Shown here: piece by piece, positions 21,777 to 33,651 of the stretch
How positions within the stretch are numbered: position 1 is the stretch's first letter
Layout of the letters: each line of letters starts with the position of its first letter
NCBI GenBank assembly: GCA_945906815.1
Contig: CAMDRT010000009.1
Location: forward strand, 17,618-81,617
Direction: 5' to 3'
Source: Bordetella parapertussis
GTDB lineage: Bacteria; Pseudomonadota; Gammaproteobacteria; Burkholderiales; SG8-41
DNA length: 64,000 bases
Notes under the pieces: model-generated
Database searches by the model: none
The model's input: only the letters and a program-made list of their open reading frames with translations
What the model was told of the DNA's origin: nothing
Program-made: the position numbers and the translations under genes

Positions 21777-22982
21777 ATGAAACTGGCACTTGAAGGCATC
21801 CATATACTCGACCTTACCCATGCGCTCGCGGGGCCCTATTGCAGCACCATGCTCGCCGACCATGGCGCGCATGTCATCAAACTCGAAGCCTTTGGCGCGG
21901 GCGATATTGCACGCAGCTGGGGCACGCCTCTGCCCGGCGGTGAAACCGCCTACTTCGTGAGTCTGCACCGCAACAAAAAGGGCATCGAGATTGACCTGAA
22001 GCAGGCGCGCGGCAAGGAAATTTTTTGGGATCTGGTCGAGCGCTGCGATGTGGTGATCGAGAATTTTCGCGTCGGCACGCTGGAGAAACTCGGGCTGGAT
22101 TACGCGCGCGCCCGCGCACGCAATCCCGGCATCATCTACTGCTCGATTTCCGGCTTTGGCCAGAGCGGCCCCTATCGCGAGCGCGCGGCGCTCGATCTGA
22201 TATTGCAGGCGGAAAGCGGCATGATCAGTGTCACCGGTGAACCCGGTGGACGCGGCGTGCGCGCGGGCGTATCCATCGCCGACCTCACCGCCGGCCTGAA
22301 TGCGGCATTCGGCGTGATGGCGGCGCTGCGGGTCAAGGAAAAGACCGGGCGCGGACAGCAGGTCGATGTGTCGATGATGGAAGGCCAGATGTCGTTGCTG
22401 CATTCGATCATCGGCAGTTACCTGGTCGACGGCAAGATTCCGGGCCCGATGGGCACCGCCTATACGGCGTTGACGCCGTACCAGACATTTCGCACCCAAA
22501 CCCACGATTTTGCGCTGGCGGTGGGCAGCGAAAAGCTGTGGAAAACCTTCTGCCCCGCGATTGGTCACCCCGAACTGACCGCCGACCCGCGTTACGCCAA
22601 CAACCGCGCACGCGTGAAAAATCGCGACACGCTGATCGCCACGCTGCAGGAAATATTCATGACGCGCACGTTCGCGCAATGGGAAAAGGTTTTGCTCGGC
22701 AGCGGCATCCCGTTCGGCGCCTTGAACAATATCGCGCAACTAATCGACCACCCCCAAGTGAAGGCGCGCGGCTCGCTGCTCGAGTTCGATCACCCGAAAG
22801 TCGGCCGCGCCCGAGTGGTGGGGCCGGTGGCAAAGTTGTCCGAAACGCCGGCGTCGATACGCACACCCTCACCGTCGCTCGGCGAGCATACCGAGGAAAT
22901 CCTGCGCGATTTTCTGAAAATGCCGCCCGCCGCCATCGCCGAACTACAGGCGGCAGGCGTGATCCGTAAACATCAGGACTGA
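21777..22982 (+). CDS. Family III CoA-transferase (CaiB/BaiF type)
   Basis: The 401-aa protein has an N-terminus LEGIHILDLTHALAGPYCSTMLADHGAHVIKLE and the motif DVVIENFRVGT, both typical of the family. Confidence 0.85.
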   Translation: MKLALEGIHILDLTHALAGPYCSTMLADHGAHVIKLEAFGAGDIARSWGTPLPGGETAYFVSLHRNKKGIEIDLKQARGKEIFWDLVERCDVVIENFRVGTLEKLGLDYARARARNPGIIYCSISGFGQSGPYRERAALDLILQAESGMISVTGEPGGRGVRAGVSIADLTAGLNAAFGVMAALRVKEKTGRGQQVDVSMMEGQMSLLHSIIGSYLVDGKIPGPMGTAYTALTPYQTFRTQTHDFALAVGSEKLWKTFCPAIGHPELTADPRYANNRARVKNRDTLIATLQEIFMTRTFAQWEKVLLGSGIPFGALNNIAQLIDHPQVKARGSLLEFDHPKVGRARVVGPVAKLSETPASIRTPSPSLGEHTEEILRDFLKMPPAAIAELQAAGVIRKHQD

Positions 22983-22998
22983 GGGCAGCGTGAGCGCA

Positions 22999-23013
22999 CT
23001 CAGTCCTCAGTCC
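22999..23013. repeat. CTCAGTC heptamer pair (intergenic)
   Basis: The sequence ctcagtcctcagtcc lies immediately after the CoA-transferase stop. Confidence 0.7.
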
Positions 23014-23110
23014 CCGGCGCTGAATTTAACGCCCGCTGGATCAGCGCCACCACCCGCGACCGCTTACCGTCTTTTTCCTAGGGACTGAACCGTTACGATA
23101 AGGGCTTGCA

Positions 23111-25363
23111 TCAGCTTCCAACCAATCCGCCATCATTCTTGGTAATCACCACCGCGCTGGAACGCGGACGAGTGTTACCGCCATCGGGCCAGTGGCTGGT
23201 GAAACTGCTTGTCAGGTTGTTACCTACATTGGCGCTTGTGGTGTTTTCACCGGGGTGCTGGATGTTGATAAAGATGGCTTTGCCGTCGGGCGTTTCCGTG
23301 ATGCCGGTAATTTCACAATCCTTGGGGCCGACCAGGAAACGCTTCAGTGTGGCCGCAGTCGCCTTCTTGCCGACAGGACTGATCACTGTCTGGTTGGCAC
23401 CACTATTGGATGGCACTGCATTGCTGGTCACGCTGGTTGAACTGCCATCGCCGCGGCTGCCGGGTAGGGCAGCCAGCATCATGCAGTTGGTCACATCGGT
23501 GTAGGCACCGTCGTCGGTCTGAATCCACATCAGACCGGGAACCGCTTGGCTGAACCAGAGACCGTCCGGGCTGGAAAAATCGTTGTCGGAGGTCAGTCCA
23601 GAGATATTGATATGAGTGGCGTCTGCATCCGACTGCGCACCGAACAAATAGACATCCCAACGGAAGCTGGTGGCGGCGGGATCGGCATTGTTTTCGGACA
23701 TGCGGATGATGTGGCCGTTGACGTTGCCGAGTTGAGTCGCGCTCCCCTTGAGGTCACTGTAGTAACGTGGGTTGGCAGCATCCAGGCCACGGCTCTTACC
23801 GCCCGTCGAGTTGCCTGTCTTGCCGCGATCACTGTTGTTGGTGAGGGTCACATAGATGTCGCCGGTCACGGGGTGTACACCGGTCCATTCTGGACGATCC
23901 ATGGGGGTAGCCCCAACCCAGTCGGCCGCCAGTCTAGAGTTGATCAGCACGTCGGCCTGGTTGGCGAAGGTGTAATTCGTCGAACCTGAGGCGCTAGTGG
24001 TGCTCAAGTGGAGCCAAGTGCCCGTGCCGTCTGCAGCGAATTGGGCCACGTAGAGTTTGCCATCGTCCAGGTACTTGCTGCCGGCAGTCAGGCCTGTGTT
24101 GGCGTCAGCGGCGCTCCAGTTTTGTGTGGAAACGTACTTGTAGATGTATTCGTGTCTGGAATCGTCGCCCATGTAGTAGACGATGGGCTTGCCAGCGACG
24201 ACCTTGGCGGGCATGGCACCCTCATGGGCCCTGCGACCCATAGCCGTGCGTTTGCAGGGAATGGAGGTGGGCGAATACGGATCGATCTCGACCACCCAGC
24301 CCATGGTGTTGGCGGCATGGGCAAAGTCTAGCGCAGGGTCGGTATTGGTTTTGGCAATGTTCCAGCGGTTATAGAGGTCGCTGCCACTGGTGTCGCCAGC
24401 TACAGGGTTGGCCCAGCCCAAACTGCCCTGGGTCGAGGTCACACCATAGCGCGTAATCGGTACGCCTTCGTTACTGGAGCGGGCCTGCGTATCCGTCCCC
24501 CGCTTGAAGTATCCGGCCCAATTTTCTTCACACGTTAGGTAGGTGCCCCAAGGGGTATAGCCATTGCCACAATTGTTCACGGTGCCGCGGGTTTTGGTGC
24601 CATCAGTCGAAAACTTGGTTTTCAACAGAGCGTCGCCTGCGGCAGGGCCTTTCAGGTCCATGAGGGTGGCAGCCGTGATGCGCCGATTAAAGCCCGACAG
24701 CTTGTTGACGGGGAAGCCATCAGATGCCTTAATAACTTCAATGACCGACACACCATGGACATTGACCTCCTTGTCGATCTGGGCCGCAACACGTGACACT
24801 GAAGAGAAGCCCGCCAGGTTCTCTGCAGCGCTATGCAAGAAGGGCTGCGTGATGTTTTCGTGGTTCATCACCAGCAGGCCGCGGCTGGAGCTCGTCACAT
24901 CCTTGGCGGTGCCGGCGGCGTTTAGCCCGAAATAGTGCATGCCGTCGTGGTGATCGCCGGCGCGAAAATTAAAGCTGTCTGCCGTGTCCGATCCATCATT
25001 GGCATAAGTGCTGGTGGCTAAGTTGATCGGGTCACCCAATCTGTAGAGTGTGGTGGCCGTGTAGCCCGTCGGCACTGTCAGCACATCACTGAGGCTCTTG
25101 GCCACAGCCGTGAAATTGAGATTGAAAGCGCTGCCCTCACTAGGGACGGCGACATTCACACTATCAGCACCGGCACCGCAGGCGCTCAAGCCTACACCCA
25201 TGAAGCCGGTAACCGCCAGTCCAGCGCCCCCCTTGAACAGACTGCGTCGTGTCAGACGTGCGTTCAGGACTGCCTCGAAACCAGGGTTTCCAGAATTGTT
25301 GGTGGAAATATCGGCGTGCCCGTTGGGCAACTGCGGATGATGCTTGGTCAGTTGTTGTGACAT
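23111..25363 (-). CDS. phoX: PhoX-family alkaline phosphatase (DUF839 beta-propeller), Tat-exported
   Basis: This is a 750-aa protein with the twin-arginine signal LTRRSLFKGGAGLA. PhoX-like blocks are present (GTVNNCGNGYTPWGTYLTCEEN, DRPEW, FINIQHPGE). Confidence 0.85.
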   Translation of the reverse strand: MSQQLTKHHPQLPNGHADISTNNSGNPGFEAVLNARLTRRSLFKGGAGLAVTGFMGVGLSACGAGADSVNVAVPSEGSAFNLNFTAVAKSLSDVLTVPTGYTATTLYRLGDPINLATSTYANDGSDTADSFNFRAGDHHDGMHYFGLNAAGTAKDVTSSSRGLLVMNHENITQPFLHSAAENLAGFSSVSRVAAQIDKEVNVHGVSVIEVIKASDGFPVNKLSGFNRRITAATLMDLKGPAAGDALLKTKFSTDGTKTRGTVNNCGNGYTPWGTYLTCEENWAGYFKRGTDTQARSSNEGVPITRYGVTSTQGSLGWANPVAGDTSGSDLYNRWNIAKTNTDPALDFAHAANTMGWVVEIDPYSPTSIPCKRTAMGRRAHEGAMPAKVVAGKPIVYYMGDDSRHEYIYKYVSTQNWSAADANTGLTAGSKYLDDGKLYVAQFAADGTGTWLHLSTTSASGSTNYTFANQADVLINSRLAADWVGATPMDRPEWTGVHPVTGDIYVTLTNNSDRGKTGNSTGGKSRGLDAANPRYYSDLKGSATQLGNVNGHIIRMSENNADPAATSFRWDVYLFGAQSDADATHINISGLTSDNDFSSPDGLWFSQAVPGLMWIQTDDGAYTDVTNCMMLAALPGSRGDGSSTSVTSNAVPSNSGANQTVISPVGKKATAATLKRFLVGPKDCEITGITETPDGKAIFINIQHPGENTTSANVGNNLTSSFTSHWPDGGNTRPRSSAVVITKNDGGLVGS

Positions 25364-25399
25364 GAAAGCTTTCTAAAAAATTGTTTTAGGAAGCTTCCT

Positions 25400-25432
25400 A
25401 TTCTAGGAACACCGTGTGACTTTTTTGTGAAA
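25400..25432 (-). promoter_or_regulatory. Candidate Pho-box promoter of phoX
   Basis: On the minus strand the sequence reads TTTCACA-AAAA-AGTCACA, two 7-bp direct repeats at 11-bp spacing. After 9 nt comes TAGAAT (-10-like), about 40 nt upstream of the phoX ATG. Confidence 0.35.
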
Positions 25433-25475
25433 TTCTCCACTGCCGCACACGATAAATGTGGGCAGCCTGATCTTC

Positions 25476-25574
25476 ATCTACAGCGGTTCCCTGCGATCAG
25501 GCCTGATGTTGGTGTTGCTTCGTCCAGAGGCAAAACAAGCGCTGGGGCTTGGCTTTGCGTTCGCATTTCCTTAA
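25476..25574 (+). pseudogene. Decayed partial copy of the antitoxin/toxin junction of the adjacent TA locus
   Basis: The segment tctacagcggttccctgcgatcagg..cctgatgttggtgttgcttcgtccagaggcaaaacaag..gcgctggggcttggctttgcgttcgc matches 25772-25925 apart from two internal deletions. It retains the ATGA junction and a 22-codon mini-ORF, MLVLLRPEAKQALGLGFAFAFP. Confidence 0.6.
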
Positions 25575-25601
25575 GCATTAACCTTGATTTATACTCGGCT
25601 C

Positions 25602-25829
25602 ATGCCTACTCCCGCGACCGCTGAATACATGAAGCTGTCCGTCTCCGAGCGCATCCAGCTTGTCGAAGACATATGGGATAGCATTGCCGCAGAGGCACCC
25701 CATACTGTGGGGTTGTCGCAAGCCCAAAAAACTGAGCTGCATCGTCGCGTTGCAGCACACCGTGCTGATCCTTCTACAGCGGTTCCTTGGGATCAGGCTC
25801 GAGCAAAGCTGTTTCCGGATCAGACCTGA
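25602..25829 (+). CDS. Type II antitoxin, putative addiction-module component (Unstab_antitox-like)
   Basis: The sequence LSVSERIQLVEDIWDSI...LSQAQKTELHRRVAAHRADP...PWDQ matches the remembered family pattern. The stop overlaps the toxin ATG. The start is uncertain (25584, 25602 or 25629). Confidence 0.7.
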   Translation: MPTPATAEYMKLSVSERIQLVEDIWDSIAAEAPHTVGLSQAQKTELHRRVAAHRADPSTAVPWDQARAKLFPDQT

Positions 25830-26125
25830 TGTTGGTGTTGCTTCGTCCAGAGGCAGAACAAGAGCTTCTGGAAGGGCAAGTTTGGTATGAAGCAAAAGCG
25901 CTGGGGCTTGGCTTTGAGTTCGCCCGTGCCGCTGATGCGGCAGTTGCGTCTGCACTTCGTAATCCGTTCGGGCATTTACGCATCGAAGAAGAGTTCCGTC
26001 GGGTGCTATTTCGCAGATTTCCTTATATGCTCATTTATCTGGCAAGTCCGGATGAGTTGCTGGTAGTTTCGTTCTTTCATCAGCATCGTGAGCCAGGTGT
26101 TTGGTTGGAGCGGTTTAGTAGTTAG
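25829..26125 (+). CDS. Type II toxin, ParE/RelE superfamily
   Basis: There is an ATGA overlap with the antitoxin. The 98-aa protein has the C-terminal block RRFPYMLIYLASPDELLVVSFFHQHREP, typical of ParE/RelE toxins. Confidence 0.75.
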   Translation: MLVLLRPEAEQELLEGQVWYEAKALGLGFEFARAADAAVASALRNPFGHLRIEEEFRRVLFRRFPYMLIYLASPDELLVVSFFHQHREPGVWLERFSS

Positions 26126-26206
26126 GACGCAACGTGTCTTGCATCCGGCCTACAGAACCACCGCGATTTTGACACGCTTGCAATGGCATCTAATTCTCCC
26201 CTCCCG

Positions 26207-27235
26207 CTACGGCACAGGCGTGGCCGCAACAGTGCGTGAAAAACGCAGCGCAAGTTGCAGCAGTTCATCCCACACGTCCCCCTTGGCGAGGCCTTTGGCC
26301 ATGCGATCGATGGCCGCCGCGTGGCGCAGCCCCTGGCGGATTTGCAGCGGGTTGAAGCGGCGCAGATTTTGTTGCATCAACGCCTGATGCGCGGCGCCCC
26401 ACACCCGCGCCTCGCGCCACAACTGAGCGGACGGACGGCCGGAGGCGGAGGCGTCGAGCACGCGGCCGATGGCACGAATCTCCTCGGCCACCGCCCACAG
26501 CGCCATCGGCGGCGCGGCACCTTCGCCCTTTAATCCGTCGAGCGTGCGTGAGATGCGCAGCGGATCGCCTTCGAGCATCACCTCGCCGAGGTTGAACACC
26601 TCATACCGCGCGACATCCAACACGGCATCACGCACCTGTTCAAACGCAATGCGCCCGGGCGGAAACAGCAACGCCAGTTTTTGCACTTCCTGAAACGCCG
26701 CCAGCAGATTGCCTTCTACGCGTTCCGTGATAAAGGCCAGTGCTTCGGCGTCGGCATCCTGTCCCTGCGCGCGCAGGCGCGCGGCCAGCCACTGCGGCAG
26801 CGCTTTGCGCGTCACCACTTTGGATTCGACCATCACCCCGGCGCGCTCCAACGCTTCGAACCAGCCGGTTTTTTGCACGCGCCAGTCGAGTTCCGGCAAA
26901 TAAATCAGCGTAACGGTGTCCGCAGGCAACGCTACACACAAAGCCTGCAACGCTGCGCCGCCCTCGGTTCCGGGCTTGCCGTTGGGTATGCGCAACTCCA
27001 GCAATTTTTGCGTCGCGAACAGCGATTGCGACCTGGCGGCCATCAAAAGTTGCGGCCACTTGAAGCCGGATTCCACCGTCAGCACCTCACGTTCGACGTA
27101 GCCTTCGGCGCGCGCCTTGGCGCGTATGCCGTCAGTGGCTTCCAGCGACAGCAAGGGTTCGCCGCCGAACACGGTGTACAGCGGCCTCAGCTCACGCGTA
27201 AGCTGTGGCGCCAGTTGCTCGGTGGTAATGCGCAT
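26207..27235 (-). CDS. holA: DNA polymerase III delta subunit
   Basis: This 342-aa protein starts MRITTEQLAPQL..LRPLYTVFGGEPLL. It sits in the conserved leuS-lptE-holA arrangement. Confidence 0.85.
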   Translation of the reverse strand: MRITTEQLAPQLTRELRPLYTVFGGEPLLSLEATDGIRAKARAEGYVEREVLTVESGFKWPQLLMAARSQSLFATQKLLELRIPNGKPGTEGGAALQALCVALPADTVTLIYLPELDWRVQKTGWFEALERAGVMVESKVVTRKALPQWLAARLRAQGQDADAEALAFITERVEGNLLAAFQEVQKLALLFPPGRIAFEQVRDAVLDVARYEVFNLGEVMLEGDPLRISRTLDGLKGEGAAPPMALWAVAEEIRAIGRVLDASASGRPSAQLWREARVWGAAHQALMQQNLRRFNPLQIRQGLRHAAAIDRMAKGLAKGDVWDELLQLALRFSRTVAATPVP

Positions 27236-27243
27236 GCGCGCCG

Positions 27244-27738
27244 CTACCGCGCGACAGGCGCCACGGCCTGCAGTTGCCGCAGCAACTGGCTCACCGCGTC
27301 GGATTGCATCTCACGGTAGAGCAGGGCTTCTTCGGATTCTTTGGACAGCGTATCCGTATCGTTGGTCGACAGATCACGATGCAGCGCAATCTGCGTCAGC
27401 GGACGCAGTTCTCGGTTGCTGCTATCGGTCAAGCGGTAAATCACGCGGTAGCTCAACTGAACCTCGCGCACGCGCCCGCCGCCCGACAGCGACAGTATGG
27501 ATTTTTCACGGAATTCATTGACCACATGCAGCGTCGCCTGCGCCTCGCGCACGGAATCCACCACGCGCGTCTGGGTGCCGCTGGTGATGGTACGGCGGAA
27601 CGCCGTGGCGAAGTGGGATGTTCCAGGCGCCGCCACATGCAGCGTTTGGTATGGCAGGAGGGCGCTGCCGCGCAATTGAAAGCCGCAGGCCGTAAGCAAC
27701 AGCGCTGTCGCTAGGAGCAAGAGGGGATTGCGCAACAT
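27244..27738 (-). CDS. lptE: LPS-assembly lipoprotein LptE
   Basis: The start is set at MLRNPLLLLATALLLTACG (lipobox). It lies between leuS and holA, as in most proteobacteria. Confidence 0.75.
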   Translation of the reverse strand: MLRNPLLLLATALLLTACGFQLRGSALLPYQTLHVAAPGTSHFATAFRRTITSGTQTRVVDSVREAQATLHVVNEFREKSILSLSGGGRVREVQLSYRVIYRLTDSSNRELRPLTQIALHRDLSTNDTDTLSKESEEALLYREMQSDAVSQLLRQLQAVAPVAR

Positions 27739-27826
27739 GGCGGTTATGTTATTCCAGTAAGGCAGGGATACTGACTGCAGCCTGACGGCCTTTATTACAA
27801 TGCAACTATTTGTTTTTATTGAGTAT

Positions 27827-30490
<2,664 letters not shown>

Positions 30491-30564
30491 TTATACCTGT
30501 CAGTGACGTCATGCTCGCGCGCAGCGATCACGTATAATCCAGCGCAACTTTTGCTTGGCGCTTG

Positions 30565-32787
30565 ATGACTCCCGCATTCCTTTCCGGCCTCAACCCCCCT
30601 CAGCTTGAAGCGGTCACGCTACCGCGCCAATCGGCGCTGATCCTCGCCGGCGCGGGCAGCGGCAAAACCCGCGTGCTGACCACGCGCATCGCGTGGCTGA
30701 TTCAGACCGGACAAGTGAATCCGCACGAGCTGCTCGGCGTTACCTTTACCAACAAAGCCGCGAAACAAATGCTCACACGCATTTCCGCGATGCTGCCGGT
30801 CAATACGCGCGGCATGTGGGTGGGCACTTTTCACGGGCTGTGCAACCGCATGCTGCGCACGCATTATCGCGAGGCGGGGCTGACGCAACTGTTTCAGATA
30901 CTCGACAGCCAGGATCAACTGGCGCTGATCAAACGCCTGATGAAGCAGATGAACATCGACGATGCGCGCTATCCGCCGCGTCAGGTGCAGTGGTTCATCA
31001 ATGCCGCCAAAGACGAGGGCAAGCGCGCGAAAGCGCTGGAAGCGCATGACGAATTCTCGCGCCGCAGCACCGAGATCTACGGGGCTTACGATGCGCTGTG
31101 CCAGCGCGAGGGGGTGGTCGATTTTGCCGAACTATTGTTGCGCTCATCGGAAATGCTCGCCAACAACGATCCGCTGCGCGAGCATTATCGCAATCGCTTC
31201 AAGCACGTGCTGGTGGACGAGTTTCAGGATACCAACCGCTTACAGTATCGATGGCTGCGGCAGTTATGTGGCGCGGAAAGCTGCATGTTCGCGGTGGGCG
31301 ATGACGATCAAAGTATTTACGGCTTTCGCGGCGCCACCACCGAAAACATGCGTCACTTCGAGCGCGATTTCCATGTGGACAAGATCATCAAGCTCGAACA
31401 GAACTACCGCTCGCACGGCAACATACTGGACGCCGCCAACGCGTTGATCAGCCATAACCAGCGCCGGCTGGGTAAAAATCTGTGGACCGCCGAAAGCGTA
31501 GGCGAACCGTTGCGCGTGTATGAAGCTGCCTCCGATCTGGAGGAAGCCGCGTTTATCGTGGAGGAAGTCAAAGCCCTGCGCAATGCGGGCGTGGCGCTGG
31601 GCGAGATCGCGGTGCTGTACCGTTCCAACGCGCAGTCGCGGGTGCTGGAGCATGCACTGTTCAACGCCCTGGTGCCCTATCGGGTGTATGGCGGATTGCG
31701 CTTTTTCGAGCGGCAGGAAATCAAACACGCGCTGGCGTATCTGCGGCTGATGGCGCAGCAGGATGACGATGGCGCGCTGCTGCGTGTGATTAACTTCCCC
31801 GCGCGCGGTATCGGCGCACGCAGCCTGGAACAGCTGCAAGCCGTGGCGCAGACCCGCGGCATCAGCCTGTGGGCGGCAGCCTGCGCCAATACGCTGTCGG
31901 GCAAAGCAGCAGCGAACACGGCGGCGTTTGTGCGGCTTATCGAACACCTGCGCGAGGCCACGCGCAGCCTGCCGCTGGCGCAAATCATTGAGCACATGAT
32001 CGAACACAGCGGCTTGGCGGGCCATTATCAAAGCGAAAAGGAAGGTGCGGACCGGCTGGAAAACCTGGGCGAGCTGGTCAACGCAGCGGCGGCGTTTGTG
32101 GCTGAAAACGAGGGGCGGATGCCTGTCACGGAAGACAGGGCAGCGCTGACCACGTCTACGCCGCAAGACAGCGCTGCGGTGAACGATGTGCTGGCGTCGT
32201 TTCTGGCGCATGCCGCGCTGGAAGCGGGCGAGCATCAGGCGTTGCCGGGTGCCGAAGCCCTGCAAATGATGACGGTGCATGCGGCCAAGGGCCTGGAATT
32301 TCACGCGGTGTTTGTCAGCGGTATGGAAGAGGGCCTGTTTCCGCACGACAACAGCCTCAGCGGCGATGGCGACAGCGGCGTGGAGGAAGAGCGCCGCCTG
32401 ATGTACGTGGCACTGACGCGCGCGCGGCGGCGCCTCTACTTGTCGCTGGCGCAAAGCCGCATGCTGCACGGCCAAACGCGCTACAACGTCGCGTCACGCT
32501 TTTTTCGCGAAATACCCGAAGCGCTGTTGCAGCGTATCAATGCCCGGCCCCGCTATCAGGACAGCAGCACGCATGGCGCGCCGGGACTCGTTACCCAGTC
32601 CTCGGCACTCAGTCCTCAGTCCTCGCAACCCTGGCGTATCGGACAAAGTGTCGCGCATGCTAAATTTGGCAGCGGCGTGATCGTCAGTGCCGAAGGGCGC
32701 GGCGCCGAAGCGCGCGTGCAGGTGAATTTTCGCAACGCCGGCCTGAAATGGCTGATGCTCGAGTACGCGAACCTCGCCCCGCTGTAA
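30565..32787 (+). CDS. uvrD: DNA helicase II (UvrD family)
   Basis: It has Walker A AGAGSGKTRV, VDEFQDTN, QNYRS, and the C-terminal Tudor-like tail WRIGQSVAHAKFGSGVIV. Confidence 0.9.
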   Translation: MTPAFLSGLNPPQLEAVTLPRQSALILAGAGSGKTRVLTTRIAWLIQTGQVNPHELLGVTFTNKAAKQMLTRISAMLPVNTRGMWVGTFHGLCNRMLRTHYREAGLTQLFQILDSQDQLALIKRLMKQMNIDDARYPPRQVQWFINAAKDEGKRAKALEAHDEFSRRSTEIYGAYDALCQREGVVDFAELLLRSSEMLANNDPLREHYRNRFKHVLVDEFQDTNRLQYRWLRQLCGAESCMFAVGDDDQSIYGFRGATTENMRHFERDFHVDKIIKLEQNYRSHGNILDAANALISHNQRRLGKNLWTAESVGEPLRVYEAASDLEEAAFIVEEVKALRNAGVALGEIAVLYRSNAQSRVLEHALFNALVPYRVYGGLRFFERQEIKHALAYLRLMAQQDDDGALLRVINFPARGIGARSLEQLQAVAQTRGISLWAAACANTLSGKAAANTAAFVRLIEHLREATRSLPLAQIIEHMIEHSGLAGHYQSEKEGADRLENLGELVNAAAAFVAENEGRMPVTEDRAALTTSTPQDSAAVNDVLASFLAHAALEAGEHQALPGAEALQMMTVHAAKGLEFHAVFVSGMEEGLFPHDNSLSGDGDSGVEEERRLMYVALTRARRRLYLSLAQSRMLHGQTRYNVASRFFREIPEALLQRINARPRYQDSSTHGAPGLVTQSSALSPQSSQPWRIGQSVAHAKFGSGVIVSAEGRGAEARVQVNFRNAGLKWLMLEYANLAPL
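32596..32624. repeat. CTCAGTC-type heptamer tract inside the uvrD C-terminal linker
   Basis: The tract cagtcctcggcactcagtcctcagtcctcg encodes QSSALSPQSS, just before the conserved C-terminal domain. Confidence 0.8.
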
Positions 32788-32803
32788 GCGTTAACCCGCG
32801 CGG

Positions 32804-33577
32804 CTATCCCTTTGCATCCCCCGGCGGCGGGGTCTCAGTGGCCGGAAAAATGTCCTTATAGCTGGCGTAGATCGACGGGATGACGAGAGGCGCGAGCAGC
32901 CACATGCCGAGGTCCAGTATGCGTGTGGCCATACTCAGCGGCGTCACCAGGATCAACGCCACAAAAAATACCCCGCCGTAGATCAGAAAGGGCATCATAT
33001 TTCGCCAGCAGGCACTGAGGCTGGCGTGCATCGCCTGCAACGGCTTCATGTCGTGCAAGTAGACCAGCAGCGGGCTGAACCAGCAGGCCATCGTCAAGGG
33101 CAGCGACAACGTCCAACCCACCAGCACGGCCAAGGTGGCCTTTGAAATCGCGTCGCGGATGTGATGGATATTTTCCGCCGTGACTTTCTGCTCTGCGTAA
33201 AACTTCAGCACCTGCGTCAGCGCTTCGCCGCCGAGCGTGGCAATCAGCAATACGATCAACAAGTTTCCGGCGAGATACATGCCGCCGAGCACCACCAGCG
33301 CCGCGGTGTTGCGCACGAATCCGCTGAGCAGATAAGCGGGCTTCAGTTCACCACCGAGGTCCAGCGCACGACAGCCTTCCATCAGCCCGACCAGAATGAT
33401 GGGCATCGCGAGTATTGCGGCCACGCCGATAAACGGGATCAACAGGATCAGTTTGAACACGCATAAAAGGCCCAGCGTGATAAACGCCCACATCAGCGGG
33501 CTCTTGCGAAACAGCGCGTAGCCGTCGGCGATCCATCGCCATCCCCGGGCTGTTGCGACCGAACGAATTAGTAACAT
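32804..33577 (-). CDS. Polytopic inner-membrane protein, family unresolved
   Basis: This 257-aa protein has about 6 hydrophobic helices and the N-terminus ARGWRWIADGYALFRKSPLMW. No catalytic motifs were recognised. Confidence 0.55.
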   Translation of the reverse strand: MLLIRSVATARGWRWIADGYALFRKSPLMWAFITLGLLCVFKLILLIPFIGVAAILAMPIILVGLMEGCRALDLGGELKPAYLLSGFVRNTAALVVLGGMYLAGNLLIVLLIATLGGEALTQVLKFYAEQKVTAENIHHIRDAISKATLAVLVGWTLSLPLTMACWFSPLLVYLHDMKPLQAMHASLSACWRNMMPFLIYGGVFFVALILVTPLSMATRILDLGMWLLAPLVIPSIYASYKDIFPATETPPPGDAKG

Positions 33578-33651
33578 GCTATTCCCCGCAGGCGAATGCG
33601 CGTGAGCGCAGCGTGCCCATTATAGTCAAATGGAGATTTGCGTGAATGGGT

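Noticed and set aside
31264-32475. Long antisense ORFs: 403 aa opposite uvrD, 291 aa at 33646-34521 opposite thrB, 322 aa at 21771-22739 opposite the CoA-transferase, and many others in the track
   Set aside because: Each lies opposite a gene with strong family motifs. Their translations are Arg/Ala/His-rich with no motifs. This is the expected artefact of high GC content.
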